A DNA stretch of 64,000 bases from Hydrolagus affinis (taxonomy: Eukaryota): assembly GCA_012026655.1 (NCBI GenBank), contig JAAILG010000290.1, positions 1 to 64,000 on the forward strand. The letters are read 5' to 3'. The stretch's first letter is position 1; the number at the start of each line of letters is the position of its first letter. Below are positions 39,120 to 52,230 of this stretch, one piece after another. The notes under the pieces are model-generated. The model did no database searches. It saw nothing but the letters and a program-made list of their open reading frames with translations, and had not been told where the DNA came from. Position numbers and translations under genes: made by a program.

Positions 39120-39560
39120 CCCGGACTCTAGAGATAGTGTAGAACAATGAGGATGATCCCTAGTGTTAGAGGAATGAGCTGTGAGAGATGATTAGTACAA
39201 ACTAGAGCTCTTCAATCTTGAAAAAAGAAGATATCTCAGAGAGGGCCTCGTAGAGGTACAGTATATAACATTTTAAATAGGATTGAGAAAGTAAACCCAG
39301 AGCAATACTTCCGGATGCACCAATGCAGCAGAAGAGAAATAAATCAGTTTATATTTGCAAAGGGACAGATACTAATATTCATTCATCCAGGTGTTAATGG
39401 CTAGAATGGGTTACCAGGGAGGGTGGTTGAGGCAGGGATGCTGGATTCATTTAAAATAAAGTTCAGTGCTGTGATGGGAAGATAGCCGGGTGGATATTTT
39501 GTAAAGACGCAATAAAATGGGACAAAGGGTCTTTTCTTCATCCAGTCTTGAGATCTTGTG
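39120..39560 (+). mobile_element. Degenerate CR1 ORF2 C-terminus and 3' end
   Basis: MIPSVRGMSCER*LVQLELFNLEK...LVEV/YNILN parallels the CR1 at 60729-61142. Confidence 0.75.
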
Positions 39561-39621
39561 ACCACTGGCACGAGGAGAATAGAGTTGTGTTAGCTCTGTG
39601 AACTGATCCATTATCTGAGTT

Positions 39622-40002
39622 AGACAGGTCCAGTGTAATGTTGTTGACTGGCCAGCCTGAGATTAATAATAATAATAATAATCCTTCCATTTGATATAGC
39701 GCTTCTCACATCTTCTAGATGTCTCAAAGCGTTGCACAGAATATACTGTAAAGTGAATAATAATCCCTCCAAAAAAAACCACAATAATAAAATTGGTCAT
39801 TTCAATCCACGACTGTTTGTGGGACACTGCTGTGCGCAATTGGCTGCCGTGATTCGTCCACAAATATATACAGTCAATTCACTTTACAGTATATTCTGTG
39901 CGCTTTGAGACATCTAGAAGATGTGAGAAGCGCTATATCAAATGGAAGGATTATTATTATTATTAATTACTCAGGCTGACCAACAGTATACTGGACCTGT
40001 CT
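39622..40002. repeat. Inverted duplication of a SINE tail plus adjacent non-SINE flank
   Basis: Left arm 39622-39758 is the reverse complement of right arm 39877-40002, with small indels. Confidence 0.88.
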
Positions 40003-40053
40003 TTGGGACGTTGATAAGATGTGAAAAGCACTATATCGAATCCATAGAAAAAA

Positions 40054-40200
40054 AATTGACTGTATATTTGTGGACAAAACGCGGCAGTCAATTGTGCACA
40101 GCAGTGTCCCACAAACAATTGTGGATTGAAATCACCAATTTATTATAGGTTTTTTTGGGACGGATTATTATTAGGTGTGTGGAGTAAGGAAACTTGCCAA
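40054..40200 (-). mobile_element. tRNA-SINE middle fragment
   Basis: aattgactgtatatttgtgg...ggagtaaggaaacttgcc. Confidence 0.85.
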
Positions 40201-40520
40201 AATAATCAACAATAACAACAACAACTTGCTTTTATATAGTGCACTTCTACCCATTTTGCTCAGTGTTTCACACTGTCCATTTGTTAAGCTTTGAGATGTT
40301 ATCCTTTGTGAAAGGCACTAAATATGTGCAAGCTGCTATTGTGGTTTAATCACTGATGCACTAGTTGCGCTGTACATTCTCGATTTGGTTAGTTGTAGGT
40401 AGCTCTTGAGGGCAATTGAGAGAACATCCTTGCATTCCCGGTCAGAGGACGTCTATGGTTTTAGGGATTGGAATGGAGAAAAGAGGATTTAAGCCCTCAT
40501 TGAAGGCTATATACTATCAA

Positions 40521-40740
40521 AGGGCGAAACTTTGGGCAAATTTCCTTACTGCACACGCCTGATAATAATCTCTCAACAAAAAGCAATTATAAATTGGTCA
40601 CTCAATCCATGACTGTTTGTGGGATATTGCTGTGCACAATTGGCTGCCACGTTTCGCCTACAAATATACAGTCAATTCACTTTACAGTATATTCTAGAAG
40701 ATGTGAAAAGCATTATATCAAATACAAGGATTATTATTGT
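40521..40740 (+). mobile_element. 5'-truncated tRNA-SINE
   Basis: gggcgaaactttgggcaaatttccttact...ggattattatt. Confidence 0.85.
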
Positions 40741-43289
40741 TGAAAATAAACACATTTTTAATGAAGTTAAACCTAGAAAAGAGAAATCTTTGAAGAATGA
40801 TTTAACAAATCATGTTTTGAATAGTTTCACGCACAACGTATTTATTAGGCATGCTTGCTGCCTTTGGTCCCTGAAGGTTGGCTTACAAAGCACAAAGTTA
40901 CTACATGTAAATGGAATGCTTTTCAAGACTAAATGGTTGGAATTGTGCCTTCTCACCTTCCACATGAATATGCTTATATATATATGTATATATATCACTG
41001 TAATAATACCCCTGGTTAACTTACAGTCTTGCACATTGTATCTAACTTTCAGCAGCTTGTCAGAGGGTGTGCAGTTGCAGCACAACTATGAATACCTCCA
41101 GTGTCTGAGGATTTATTTGATATTAGGGATGGAATTGCTAGTTGCAAATTGCTCTCACGCTGAATCTCCTGTTACACTTAACACAAAACCCTATTGATCA
41201 GGAGATCTTGATTCACAATACTGAATTACTGGAAACTAGTTTTATGATAATTACTTTATAAGGTAATATCTTTAGAGTTTAAAATAAAGTGTGATTTATT
41301 AGAACATTAGCTTGTTTACTGGTACCTGATTGTTGCTATTGCAGAGCGCCTGGAATGAAATCTCTCTGTTCGAAATGGTGTGGTGCAAAATGAGACGATC
41401 AATAATCTTTTTGCAAGCAGATATCAAATTGATCAGTAAGTAAATACACTGGATGCGAAGCAACACATCTGCACCAAGTGTGATTGAGGTGAAAACACAG
41501 GCAAGTTATTTACACTGATAGACTGTTTAACGTAATGGCCAAGTATCAAAAATTTAGAAGTGTGTATTTGTACCTTCATTTTCGCTAGCTATCAATGGTG
41601 CCCATATACAAGTCAGTCAGATATATAACTTGGTGCACTGTACCGCCTCTCTCAATGAGTTTTGGATTGCTTTTGCCCGCTGCTATATTATCAGTCATCC
41701 GTGCATCTCAGGGGAAGTGCTGCTGCTGGCTGAGGTTAACTTAAGGTTCCTTGTCTTGTGATTGCTTTTAGCAGGGCAATATTCTCTCAGAAACGGGGAG
41801 TCTAGAGAAAAAAGTTTCAACAGGGCTGTAAAACCTTCATGTATGACAGGTCACTCCTAAAGGTCGACTGACAAGATGAAACATTTAGACCAATTTTAAA
41901 GGATCCCGGCTAATAACTATTCATGATAATCTTTGCTTTTCTTGAATTTCACAAGTACCTGTATTATTTTTATAACTACTGATCAGCAACAATCGGCTTC
42001 AGGTTGAAAATCTTATTATATCTCTTTGTTTTTACTAAAGAGGAGAGGCTTATCTTCTTTCATTTCCATTACCATTTGGTCATGTTTTTTTTCCCATTGT
42101 ACCTTTTCTGGTTGACAAGATATGTGTGATTGCTCCATTTCAGAAATCTCTAGTCGTTTCGCCCACAAAATATACAGCCAATTCCCTTTACAATATATTC
42201 TGTGAAGTGCTTTGAGACAAGGCATCTCAATGACATGACAAGGCGCTTTATAAAATGCAAGGTTTTTTTAATAATATAATGTGCAAGTGTCTGTTTCCTG
42301 ATCAGCTTTGTAAACACACCTGCGAATGGCATAGTACAGTATATTTATTACACAACGCACAAACAAATGTGACACATCATTTTCTAAAACATGATTGATT
42401 ATAGGGGGACAAGTATGAGGATCTTGCAGTCCATCCTTTCTGTGATAGGGAGCCGGTCGAGTCTGGTAAGGACTGGTGTGATGCAGATATGGAGTTCAGT
42501 GGGTGTGAATATACAGCCCGCAAAGTTCTGAATTAATTCAAAGAGGAGGGCTATTGGACTTTATCCTAAATTGTCCTTGTGTCTAAGTTATGTTTTTGTT
42601 TCACCAGCTGAGTAACTGGCACAAAACCATTCTTAAAACATCCATTCTTAAAACATCCAAAATGATGAGATATTCGCATATGTACGGAAATTGCTGTGGA
42701 AGTTATGGATAAGTGCTGTGTCCTGGCATCCTGGTGCAACACATTTGTTGCCCAGGATCCTTACCACTGAACACGTGTAATACCTAGGATTTTAATCCTC
42801 AATGTTTGGACCATAATGTGAACAGTAATCCACACTTACTGTAATTTGTGGTATTTTATCTCTAGTTGCAACACTTAAGGTGATTACTGCCCTTCAATGT
42901 TTTTCATGTAATATTTAATCAAGCTGTAATGGAACACCACACATTAACCAGAACACCACTCAAGACAGTTATTGAAAGTGGATTTCAGAAAAATAAGACA
43001 GCTTGATATTTTCTGCACTCTGGCTTGTAGACTATCCAAATGTAATTTGAAATAGGGTTCAATGTCTCTGTAAGACCAATATGTATTCATATATAATCTA
43101 AGGATCCTACATTTCCAGATAAACATTAAATCTGCTGAGTCATTTGATTATTTTCTTCATTATCCTTGATAATGATTTGATGTACATCCCTAATGTATTT
43201 TGAGCAGTCTTAGAATCACAGTAGACTGAAATTAAGAAGGCCAGCCCTTCAGCCCACTCCATCAAACACCCACTTTTAAGTTGTAACTG

Positions 43290-43700
43290 TCAGCTTTGAT
43301 CCCCAGTTATCCTTCCTCCTCCACAACCAGTCCCTTACCAACACCGCCTCCACCAATACCTCACCCCAACAGCTGCCAACACCCTGGTCCATGCCTTTGT
43401 CATATCTCAGCTTGACTACTCGCATGCCCTCCTTGCCGTTCTCCCCTCCTCTACCATCCACAAAATTCAGCTCATATAAAACTCCATCACCTGCATTCTC
43501 ACCTGCACCAAACTTCGTACTCCAATTACCTTAGTCCTTGCCAAACTGCACTTCAAAGTCTTCACTCTTGTGTTTAAATCCCTCCACTCTATGCTCCCTA
43601 CTGCTCTAACTTCCTCTCTTCTCACAGTAGTACCCACTGTCTTCGCTCTACTGGGTCCAGCCTCCTCTTGTACCCCGAATCCTCTGTGCTACCCTCTCGA
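43290..43700 (+). mobile_element. Degenerate L2 ORF2 fragment
   Basis: TLVHAFVISQLDY and FKVFTLVFKSLH relic motifs. Confidence 0.75.
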
Positions 43701-44479
43701 CCGTGCAAGTTATACAATAAAAAGTACAGTACCCTACTTTTTTTTAACAAAACACAGAAGGTGTTAAAATTATACCATTATAATTTTAATTATACCATTA
43801 AAATTATACCCGTTATACCATTTACATTACAATTTTACTTCCTTGGATAACACATAATATATTCTTAATAATACTAAACCTTGCATTTGATATAGTACTT
43901 TTCGCATCTTATCGACTTCTCAAAACGCTGCACAGAATTTACTGTAAAGTGAATTGACAGTATATTTGTGGGCTAAATGCTTGTGTTTTTATTTGGTTCT
44001 GAATTCTGAAAGTTAGATTCAAATCTTAATTAGAATCAAATCTTCTGTCACCTCCAAGCAAATTTGACATTGTCTCGATACTTACAAGATGTTTGCACAT
44101 TCACGGAATGTCAGCTGTCCTCTAGACGTAAGGATAGCTTTCTAACGACACATGCCTGAAAGTCTGACATCATCTCAATACTTTACTTACTTCAAGATAT
44201 TCAAACATTTTGATCCCAGACTGTGTTGAGTTAGCAGAACTCAGCCATGGTGGCAGCAGGGATGTAACAATCAGTAATAACCCTTGTGTTTGATGTAGAT
44301 TCCTTCATGTCAAGAGGATAACTCAAATCACTTCACAGAACTTTCTGCAGTGTAGTGACTGCAGTTAGGTGAATGTGGCAGCTAATTGGCACACAGCAAT
44401 GCCCCACAAACAATCCACGTAGTTATACTTACTGCACCGTCCTTCAGATTTAACAGCATTACATTCGAGTGTCAGCCTA

Positions 44480-45020
44480 GACTAACCGAGTTTAAATTTC
44501 CGACTTGAACCCACAATCTTCTGCCTCAGAAGCTAGTTCCACCACATTCGCAACATTGCCTGTCTCTGCCACTGCCTCACCCCTCAGGCTGCTGAAACCT
44601 ACACACGTGCGTTCGTCACCTCATGGCTCGACTACGGCAAATCCCTCTTTATTGGCGTCCTCAACTCTTCCCTCCACCATGCAAAACTCTGCAGTTCATG
44701 TTCTCTCCTGCACCAGGCTCCATGCCCCATCACCCCCACCCTCGCCTGTCTCCAATGGCTCCTCATTCCTCAGATGATTGAATTCAAGTTCCTCATCCTC
44801 ACTTTCAAGACCTTCCACGGCCTTCCCTCATACCTCTCTGACCTGCTGACCCTCTACCAACCTGTCAGCTCCCTCCATTCAACAGTCTCCCGCCTGACCT
44901 GCCCTACCATCAGTGGCTGGGCTTTCAGCCTCTCTGCCCCTACGCTTTGGAACTCCATCATACAATTCCTTCGCCTTACTCCCTCCAGCCTTGCCTCCTT
45001 GCCTCCTTCAAGGCCAGTAT
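44480..45020 (+). mobile_element. L2 ORF2 C-terminal fragment
   Basis: IEFKFLILTFKTFHGLPSYLSDLL...AFSLSAPTLWNS in ORF 44774-45385. Confidence 0.85.
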
Positions 45021-46459
45021 CAAAGAGATATTTAGTCTATTTGACACATTTCTACATTTCTAAACAGTGCCCAGGTATTGCTCTGCCCTCCTACATTTTA
45101 ATCCCTTCTAAGTCTACAATTCATGACAGTACCTTTCAGATCATTCAACCTTTACTGACACGCTTCTGCAATTTTTGTGACATGGAAACACCTGATTCCA
45201 TTTCTGGAATGTTTATGGTGGTAAAGCGAATTAAAATGACTAATTTTACCTATTTTTGTGAATTGAGATCCAATTTATTAACAATCCTTTCATTTGTTAC
45301 ATTGCTTATAAGGTTGACTTTTGTCCTTTGGAAGGAAGCAAGTGGAGCCCTTTGGAGTCAAGCTGGATCAAAGCAGACTTGGTAAAATAATGTCAGTAAT
45401 TGAGTTAATTCTCTGTAGTAGTCTCTCTGTAGTAGTCACCATTGCACTGTACGCCGAGGCAATATAGATGACAAACTAACCAGGCTGGCTCATTGGTCGC
45501 ACTTGGCGGGACAAACTAGTTATTGGGAGCAGGACTCCAATTTAATCCTGCAAGATAAACCGCTTACAGGTAGGGTGGTACTAGCTGGACACGGAAGCTT
45601 ACCAAACAGTCCTCTCAGTGGTAATCTATCTATGATTTTAACTGGTTAAACGCCAATAATAATGCTACTCACACTTTGGGGTCTCCAAACCTTGGCGTCC
45701 TAATCTAGCATCCTAGTCCCTATTCTCCCTTCCTGATAACTTGTTCCAAACTGGGAATCAAACCAGGGATTTTCCTGCTCTGAATGTCTCAGCTATTCAC
45801 TGGATAATTCCACTAACCTCTGGGGTTCTTACCCACATGCTCTTGGAAGAAAGTTCAGTTAGAGCGGCGTTTCTGCGGGTCAAACTGGCACATGTCTAGT
45901 TACCAGCAGGATCTAATATTTATGAGTATTTTGTGGACTGTGTTGTAATTGAAGCATTTTAGACCACACACTTGAATTTCATGCTCACCAATTGCGTTGT
46001 GGTACAGGCATCGCCTGGTGTGGACCAGAAAATTGTAGGTTCAAACTCTGGTTTGTGCCTTTAGTTGATCTCAGTTGTGGCCACAGTTGGGAACTCTACA
46101 ATTGGTTCCAGTACCTAATTCCATCCAAGGTTCCCTCTGCTGAAAACTAATAAAAATAATTCTTGCATATAGAGGTTTTAACTTTCAAATGTCTCAAAGC
46201 TTCACAGAGAATTACTGAATATTGATTGCATGTTTGTGGTCAAACTAGGCAACTAATTCTCCAAACTCATAGCAGCCAAACACTGCTCTCTTTTGAAATA
46301 TAGTGTAGTCTTGATATAATGTGATGTTGGCAAACCAGAAATTCATGATCTAGCTAGGTATGATAGTTAGTTTAACTGCACATGTATGCGGCTATATTAA
46401 AAGGAAAATAGCCGATTTTTGGATCACCTGGTCATCAGTCAGTGAATGAGTCAGTCAGT

Positions 46460-47126
46460 GGGCATTTGATATAGCACCTTATCACGTCTTTGAGATGTTT
46501 CAAAGCGCTTCAGTAACTGTGCTTTGTGGGCGAAACGCGGTAGTCAATTGCACACAGTCGTATCCCACAAACAGTCATGCATTAAGTGACCATATTATTA
46601 TCTTTCTAAAGCATGATTACCCCCAGAATGCAATCCAACAATCGACAAACAAGTGGGTTCCTAATTACTGCTAGGTAATAATAATATATAATAATCCTTG
46701 TATTTGATTTGACATGCTTTTCATGTCTTCCAGAAGTCTCAAAGCACTGCACAGAATATACTGTAAAGTGAATTGACTGTATATTTGTGGGTGAAACACT
46801 ACAGCCAATTGAGCACAGCAGTGTCCCACAAACAGTTGTGGATTGAAATGACCAAATTATTATTGTTTGTTTTTGAGGGATTATTATTAGGCATGTGGAG
46901 TAAGGAAACTTGCCCAATGTTTAGCTGGCCTGGAATTGAACCCAGGTCTCTTGCTTGTAAAGTAAGTGCTCTTAACACTGAGCTATGGTACTCCACTGAT
47001 CACTAAACAAAGGTGTGTTTGGAATAAGGAAACTTGCCTACGGTTTTGCAGTGTCCCGCCTGGGAATTGAACCCGGGTCTTCTCGCTCGCAAGGTGAATG
47101 TTCTAATCACTATGCCTCAGGACTCC
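46460..47126 (-). mobile_element. Long-form SINE split by a full-length short-form SINE (46678-46994)
   Basis: The long-form block breaks at ...tactgctaggta (46677) and resumes taaacaaaggtgtg (47004); two tRNA heads, ending at 46994 and 47126. Confidence 0.85.
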
Positions 47127-47489
47127 AGCGAGTAAGGGAGGGAGCAGGGGAGAGGTGGAAGAAGGGGGAGAGGGGGCAACAAGCAAGCAAGGAGAGAGAG
47201 AGAGAGAGAGAGAGAGAGGTAATGTCACAATGTCAGTTTCCATTTTCTGTGTGTTCCCAAAGCAGGAAGTGACTTGATGACCTGGAAGCCGGCCTTATTA
47301 TAGCATGGGAACCCAAAATAGCCAAGTTGTGCATTGGAGCAAAGAGGGAAATTATATTAACCGCAACCTAGTGAACCAGAAGGTAATCATTTTAGCGTGA
47401 AAAACCAACTGGCACACAGGAACCAAGGGGGCCAGCTGTGCACATTGACAATGAATGGGATCCAGTGTACAACTGTGTTATCAGTGATC

Positions 47490-48065
47490 AATAATGATCC
47501 TCATATTTGATGTAATGCCGATCATGTTGGGAAGATTTCCTAAGTGGAATGATTATGTATTTGTTGGAAAATGCAGCAGCCAAATTGCACACAGCAATCT
47601 TTCACAAACAGCCATGAAACAAATGATCTATTGTTGGCCAAGACACCAAGAGAAACTCCCTGCTCTTTTTGAATAGTGCCATAGGATCTGTCATGTCTCC
47701 CTGAACAGGCAGATGGGACCTCAGTTTAATGTCTTATCTGAATGACAATGAAACATATCCTCAGCACGGGGTTGAAGTGACAATTTGGACAATGCAAGTT
47801 CAAATCCTGAGGTAGTGATCCCGTCTAAGCCTTCTAACTCACAAATGAGATGCTAAGACAGGCTTATCAACATTAATCCACTCTATAATGACGTGTTTAA
47901 AACAGGACTGTACACCACTGTCTTGGAGGTTTAATGTCCACTTGAAAAGGCAGTCAGAACTTGGTTTCACGTTTAATCCAAAGGACAGAATATCTCTGAC
48001 AATGCAGCTCTCCCCCAGCTCTGCACTGGGGTGTCAGCCTGGACTGTGAGCTCAAACCTGACATA
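47490..48065 (-). mobile_element. Two Deu-domain SINE relics
   Basis: gacaccaagagaaactccctgctctttttgaatagtgccataggatct...cctcagtttaatgtcttatctgaa; second copy tgcactggggtgtcagcctgga. Confidence 0.72.
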
Positions 48066-50381
48066 GAGTTTAATACCACAACGTTTACATGAAGGGGTGA
48101 GAATGCGACCGATACTATCCAATGAATTAGGCTGGAAGTGCACAGTGTAGACTTTAGGTGAGAAAATGATTGGATTTGGCTGAGTTGCTTTTCTTGGTCA
48201 GGTGACACTGTGTAGAATCAGATAGAATGAAATTCCATTGGAGATTATACCAGACGGGAATCCTATGGCTGTGGAATCACATCCCAATACACACCAGGAG
48301 ATGAGTAGAAATTTTTATAAAGGTCCCCAAAAGACAATGAGTTGCAAATAGATTGCTGAGCACTGCTTTACATTCCGCATACTCACTGTGTGCTGCATGG
48401 CAGTAATGCATTATTCTGAATGCAGGCTTACTGACTGGGTAACAAGCACAAAATTTATGTGGAGAACCTAATTGCGATTTCATAACTGGCAGCAGGCAGG
48501 GCACTCTCCACATGAATACTGTAATTGTGTTAAGACTTGGAGGAGAACAGAGCACCAAATTGGATGGTACATGCCAGAAACAGTTCTACCCTGAAGGGAG
48601 AGTAGTCACCATGCTGAGGTGTTCCCAACCATATGTAAAATGAGATTGACAGCTTGACTTTGAGAGGAAAAGAAGATGTAAATGAAGAGAATTAATGTCT
48701 TTTACTGTGACAATAGGAAAACTTTACAGTTAAGTCAAATATTATTCGGTGTGGAAATTCTAAGCGATTAATCTTCACTGCAATCTGAATAAATATATTT
48801 AATTGAATGGATATTGTCTGCAAAACACATGTGTTTCAGTATGTCTGTCATTATTTCACAATCATGTGCGAAAATTCCTGTGCTAAAGAAATTCAAACTG
48901 TATTATGCATATTATTGGATATATATCTAAGAAAAGGAAATGAAACACAGTGATCCTGTTCTATATTTGAGATTTGAGGTGAGGGAGTTTCATTATTCTA
49001 GTAGGGCCCAGTCATCAAAGAATTCTACACAGTGTGTTATCCAAGGGATGGAAGTCACTTTGCCACAAAGGAAAAAAATGCAGGACCTTCCCCTCTCTGT
49101 CGAGTGACACAATGGAATAATTCTGTAAACTGCCCTTTCAAACGTTCTATGCATTGAAATCAGAGGTCAAAATCTAGAATGGAATGAGTTAAACTTTGAA
49201 GGATCTGATGTTAGCTAGACTGAAGGATACAAATAAAGGACAGTGGGTCTAACTTGTCATCTTTTCTAATAGGATTCCTTAATAAGAAACATAAACTCTT
49301 CTAATAATATGAACCCCCCCTTTCTAACCAAATGTATATCAAGTTGACCAGAGGAAGCCGTTCCTGTAAATCTTCTTTGGGATTGGAGATCTACTGGGAA
49401 TCTTTCTTTAAAAATATTACAAATTATATTTTCTATGCACAGACCTGATTTTACAATTTACCTGTTTGTTTCTGGGCAGCAGACACAACAAAAATCTGAT
49501 TAATGTAACCTTAACACAGCAACATTTTCATTGCTTTGAGAGAGAAGCAATATGAACGATCTATGAATGTACAGACATTACATTTCAGACTTTTTTGTCT
49601 GGAAGAAGAATTAAGACACTCAATGGTGATTATTTTTCGTGCAATTGGGGTGCTGTGTTCGCAAATACAGTCATTCCACTTCACAGTAAATGCTTTGAAA
49701 CACTTTAACACATCCTTCTGACATGAAAGGCACTACACCAAATGCAATGATGATTATTATTCTTACTTGGGAAGTGCTTTCAAATGTTTTGATTTAATAA
49801 AGGGCTGTAAAAATGCAAGTTAATTTAGGTTGAATCCTAAATGGATCAATGAAAAGGGACTCTGTCACTTAAAAATGCAGAATGCGCTTGGCTCAAATGA
49901 ATATTACTGGCTAAATCTGTTATGTTTTTGGCTGGATCGCAAACCAAAGCAAAATGTAAAACAGGCACACTGGAAGTGATACGGTTCTTATGTGAACTCT
50001 GCGGTGAGGTTGGAATATCTGTGTGATGTATCTACCCATTTAAAGCTGATCAAATTACAGTTTTTAAACCAAATTCATAATGGGAACATTCCTAACTTAT
50101 CCTTTGATATTATATTTGAAAAAAGGCATGGTTACAATAATGATTCACATCCTCTCTCGCTCCCCATGTTATTATTTTACCTCTTTCTTGGTTAAACTGC
50201 AGTCTGTTTTAAGGGAAGGGGGAATTTAATAATATGAATCCTTGCATTTGATATAAAACCTTTCACATCAGGAGGATGTTTCGCCCACATATATACAGTC
50301 AATTCACTTCACAGTATATTCTGTGAAGCACTTTGAGATGTCTGGAAGATATGAAAAGCACTGTATCAAAAATAAGTTTTG

Positions 50382-50503
50382 CATTCGATTAACCAGAATT
50401 TATCCAGAAAAATGCGTTTTTAAAAAAAATTATTATTATTATTATTTTTGTGTTTTCAGCCAGCACACGGTCCCGAGGGTGCCGGACAAACAGGCTTCTA
50501 CTG
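50382..50503. mobile_element. Right half of a small Tigger-like MITE
   Basis: Ends gggtgccggacaaacaggcttctactg (TIR); internal cattcgattaaccagaatttatcc shared with 59782. Confidence 0.75.
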
Positions 50504-50522
50504 TTTTTTGTGGGCAAATTGG

Positions 50523-51157
50523 AATTTTCCAGTGGAAGACGCCATTTACTCTGCCATTTTTGCAACCCAATACATTCTGAATGCCGCTGGGTCAGTGTAA
50601 AGGGCTCTTGATGATTCATGCTGAGTTAATCACATATGACTAACCCTAAATGCTGTCAATAATATTTCTCAACAACCTTTGTATTGCAGACACACTGTGC
50701 TGTCTCGAACAATAGCGGTATTGTGAGTTCTTCTCAATAGAACTGTTTATTTTACAAACTTAGAAAGTGAGTATCCTGAAAGGAATGAAAGGATTCCACA
50801 ATGCAACATAGAAATTACACCTAAGAAGTGGTGCCCAAACTCGCTGCTTCAGCTTAATCCGAAATTGAATGGGCTGCATTTTCCTCATAAGGTCTAAGTT
50901 TCAAGCAAAGTTCAAGTACAGAAATGCTAAAATAGAATCTGTCAGTGGTTGGAACTAAGGTCTCATGTAATGCTCATAGGGTTCCCTGTAGGAGACCACT
51001 TTAATTCCAGAGGCAATGTTTCCAGCCAGGGATGCAATTTACTCTGCCGTTTTGCTGCCCAGCACATTTTCAATACCACTGGGTTGGATTTAAAAGCACT
51101 TGATGATTCATGCTGAGTTAATCATGTATGACTATCCCTAAATGCTGGCAATAATAT
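50523..51157 (+). repeat. Two ~143-bp direct repeats (50523-50665, 51015-51157)
   Basis: Shared atttactctgcc...cttgatgattcatgctgagttaatca...tgacta.ccctaaatgctg.caataatat. Confidence 0.85.
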
Positions 51158-51921
51158 GTACCTTCAGAATACACACTTTGTATGAATGACTTGAATAAAT
51201 ACTGATTGTAGATGCGTAAGTCAAATAAAACAGCTTTCCCGTTTTAATTTCAAGATTCTGCATTCATTTTTGTATTTTTTCTTTATTTATTTTTGGAATA
51301 AATGTGATGTGATAAAAGTAATGCTTTATGATTTTGTATTCGTTCTTAGTACCCAATGTTATCATCGAGCACTGGTTAGATACATAACATTGCAGATGCA
51401 ATTGAAACCTCTCTCTACAATGAAGTTTAGTAATCTGAGTTTATCTCCCACAATACCAGAATGACAGTCTCAGCCATTTATTTTACTCTCTTAGATTGAA
51501 TCCTTACAAATAGTGTCAATGAATGAAAGATAGGATGGAATAGAATAGGATTGTGAATTGGTCTTAAAGGCATTTGTTTTTTATAAGAAATAATATATTT
51601 TCATTCACATGGAATGTAGAGCAGAATTGTGACAATACCAATCAGTAAATTTTAATAACAATAATAATCTTTGCATTTGATACAGCACCTCAGCACATCA
51701 GAAGGACATCTTAAATCCCTTCACAGTAATGAAGTGACTGTATTCTTAAGCAGACACAGCAGCATAATTGTGTGCAGCAATATCCCACAAACAGCCCATG
51801 AAACAAGTGACCAATTTTATTTGGGGGATTGGTGGCCAGGATACCGGGAGGGAGAAACTCCCTTCTCTTTTCTAATAGTTTAGTGATCCGAATATAATTA
51901 ATACAAGTTATATTTTCCACA

Positions 51922-52230
51922 TCCTGTAGCTCGGTGGTTAGAGCACTTACCTCGCAAGCAAGAGACCTAGGTTTGATTCCCGACCGAGCAAAACCTTGGG
52001 CAAATCTCCTTACTCCACACATCTGATAACAATTTCTCAAGAGAAAAAAAACAATAATAATTTGGTCACTCAATCCATGACTGTTTGTGGGACACTGCTG
52101 TGTGTAATTGGCTGCTGCGTTTTGCCCACAAAATATACAGTCATTCATTTTGCAGTATATTCTGTGAAGCATCTTGAGACATCTAGAAGATGTGAAAAGT
52201 GCTATATCAAACACATGGATTGTTATTATT
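51922..52230 (+). mobile_element. Full-length tRNA-SINE
   Basis: tcctgtagctcggtggttagagc...ggtttgattcc head, core and tail. Confidence 0.9.

Noticed and set aside
42626-45433. Short tandem duplications (ccattcttaaaacat x2; ttatacc cluster ~43770-43820; ctctgtagtagt x2)
   Set aside because: Ordinary slippage or repair duplications with no further structure.
47262-47381. Possible plus-strand exon with AAG|GTAATC donor
   Set aside because: Stops in all three frames and no partner exons.
50605-50700. C/D-box snoRNA (TGATGA...CTGA) in the direct repeat
   Set aside because: No terminal D box or closing stem at the expected distance in either copy.
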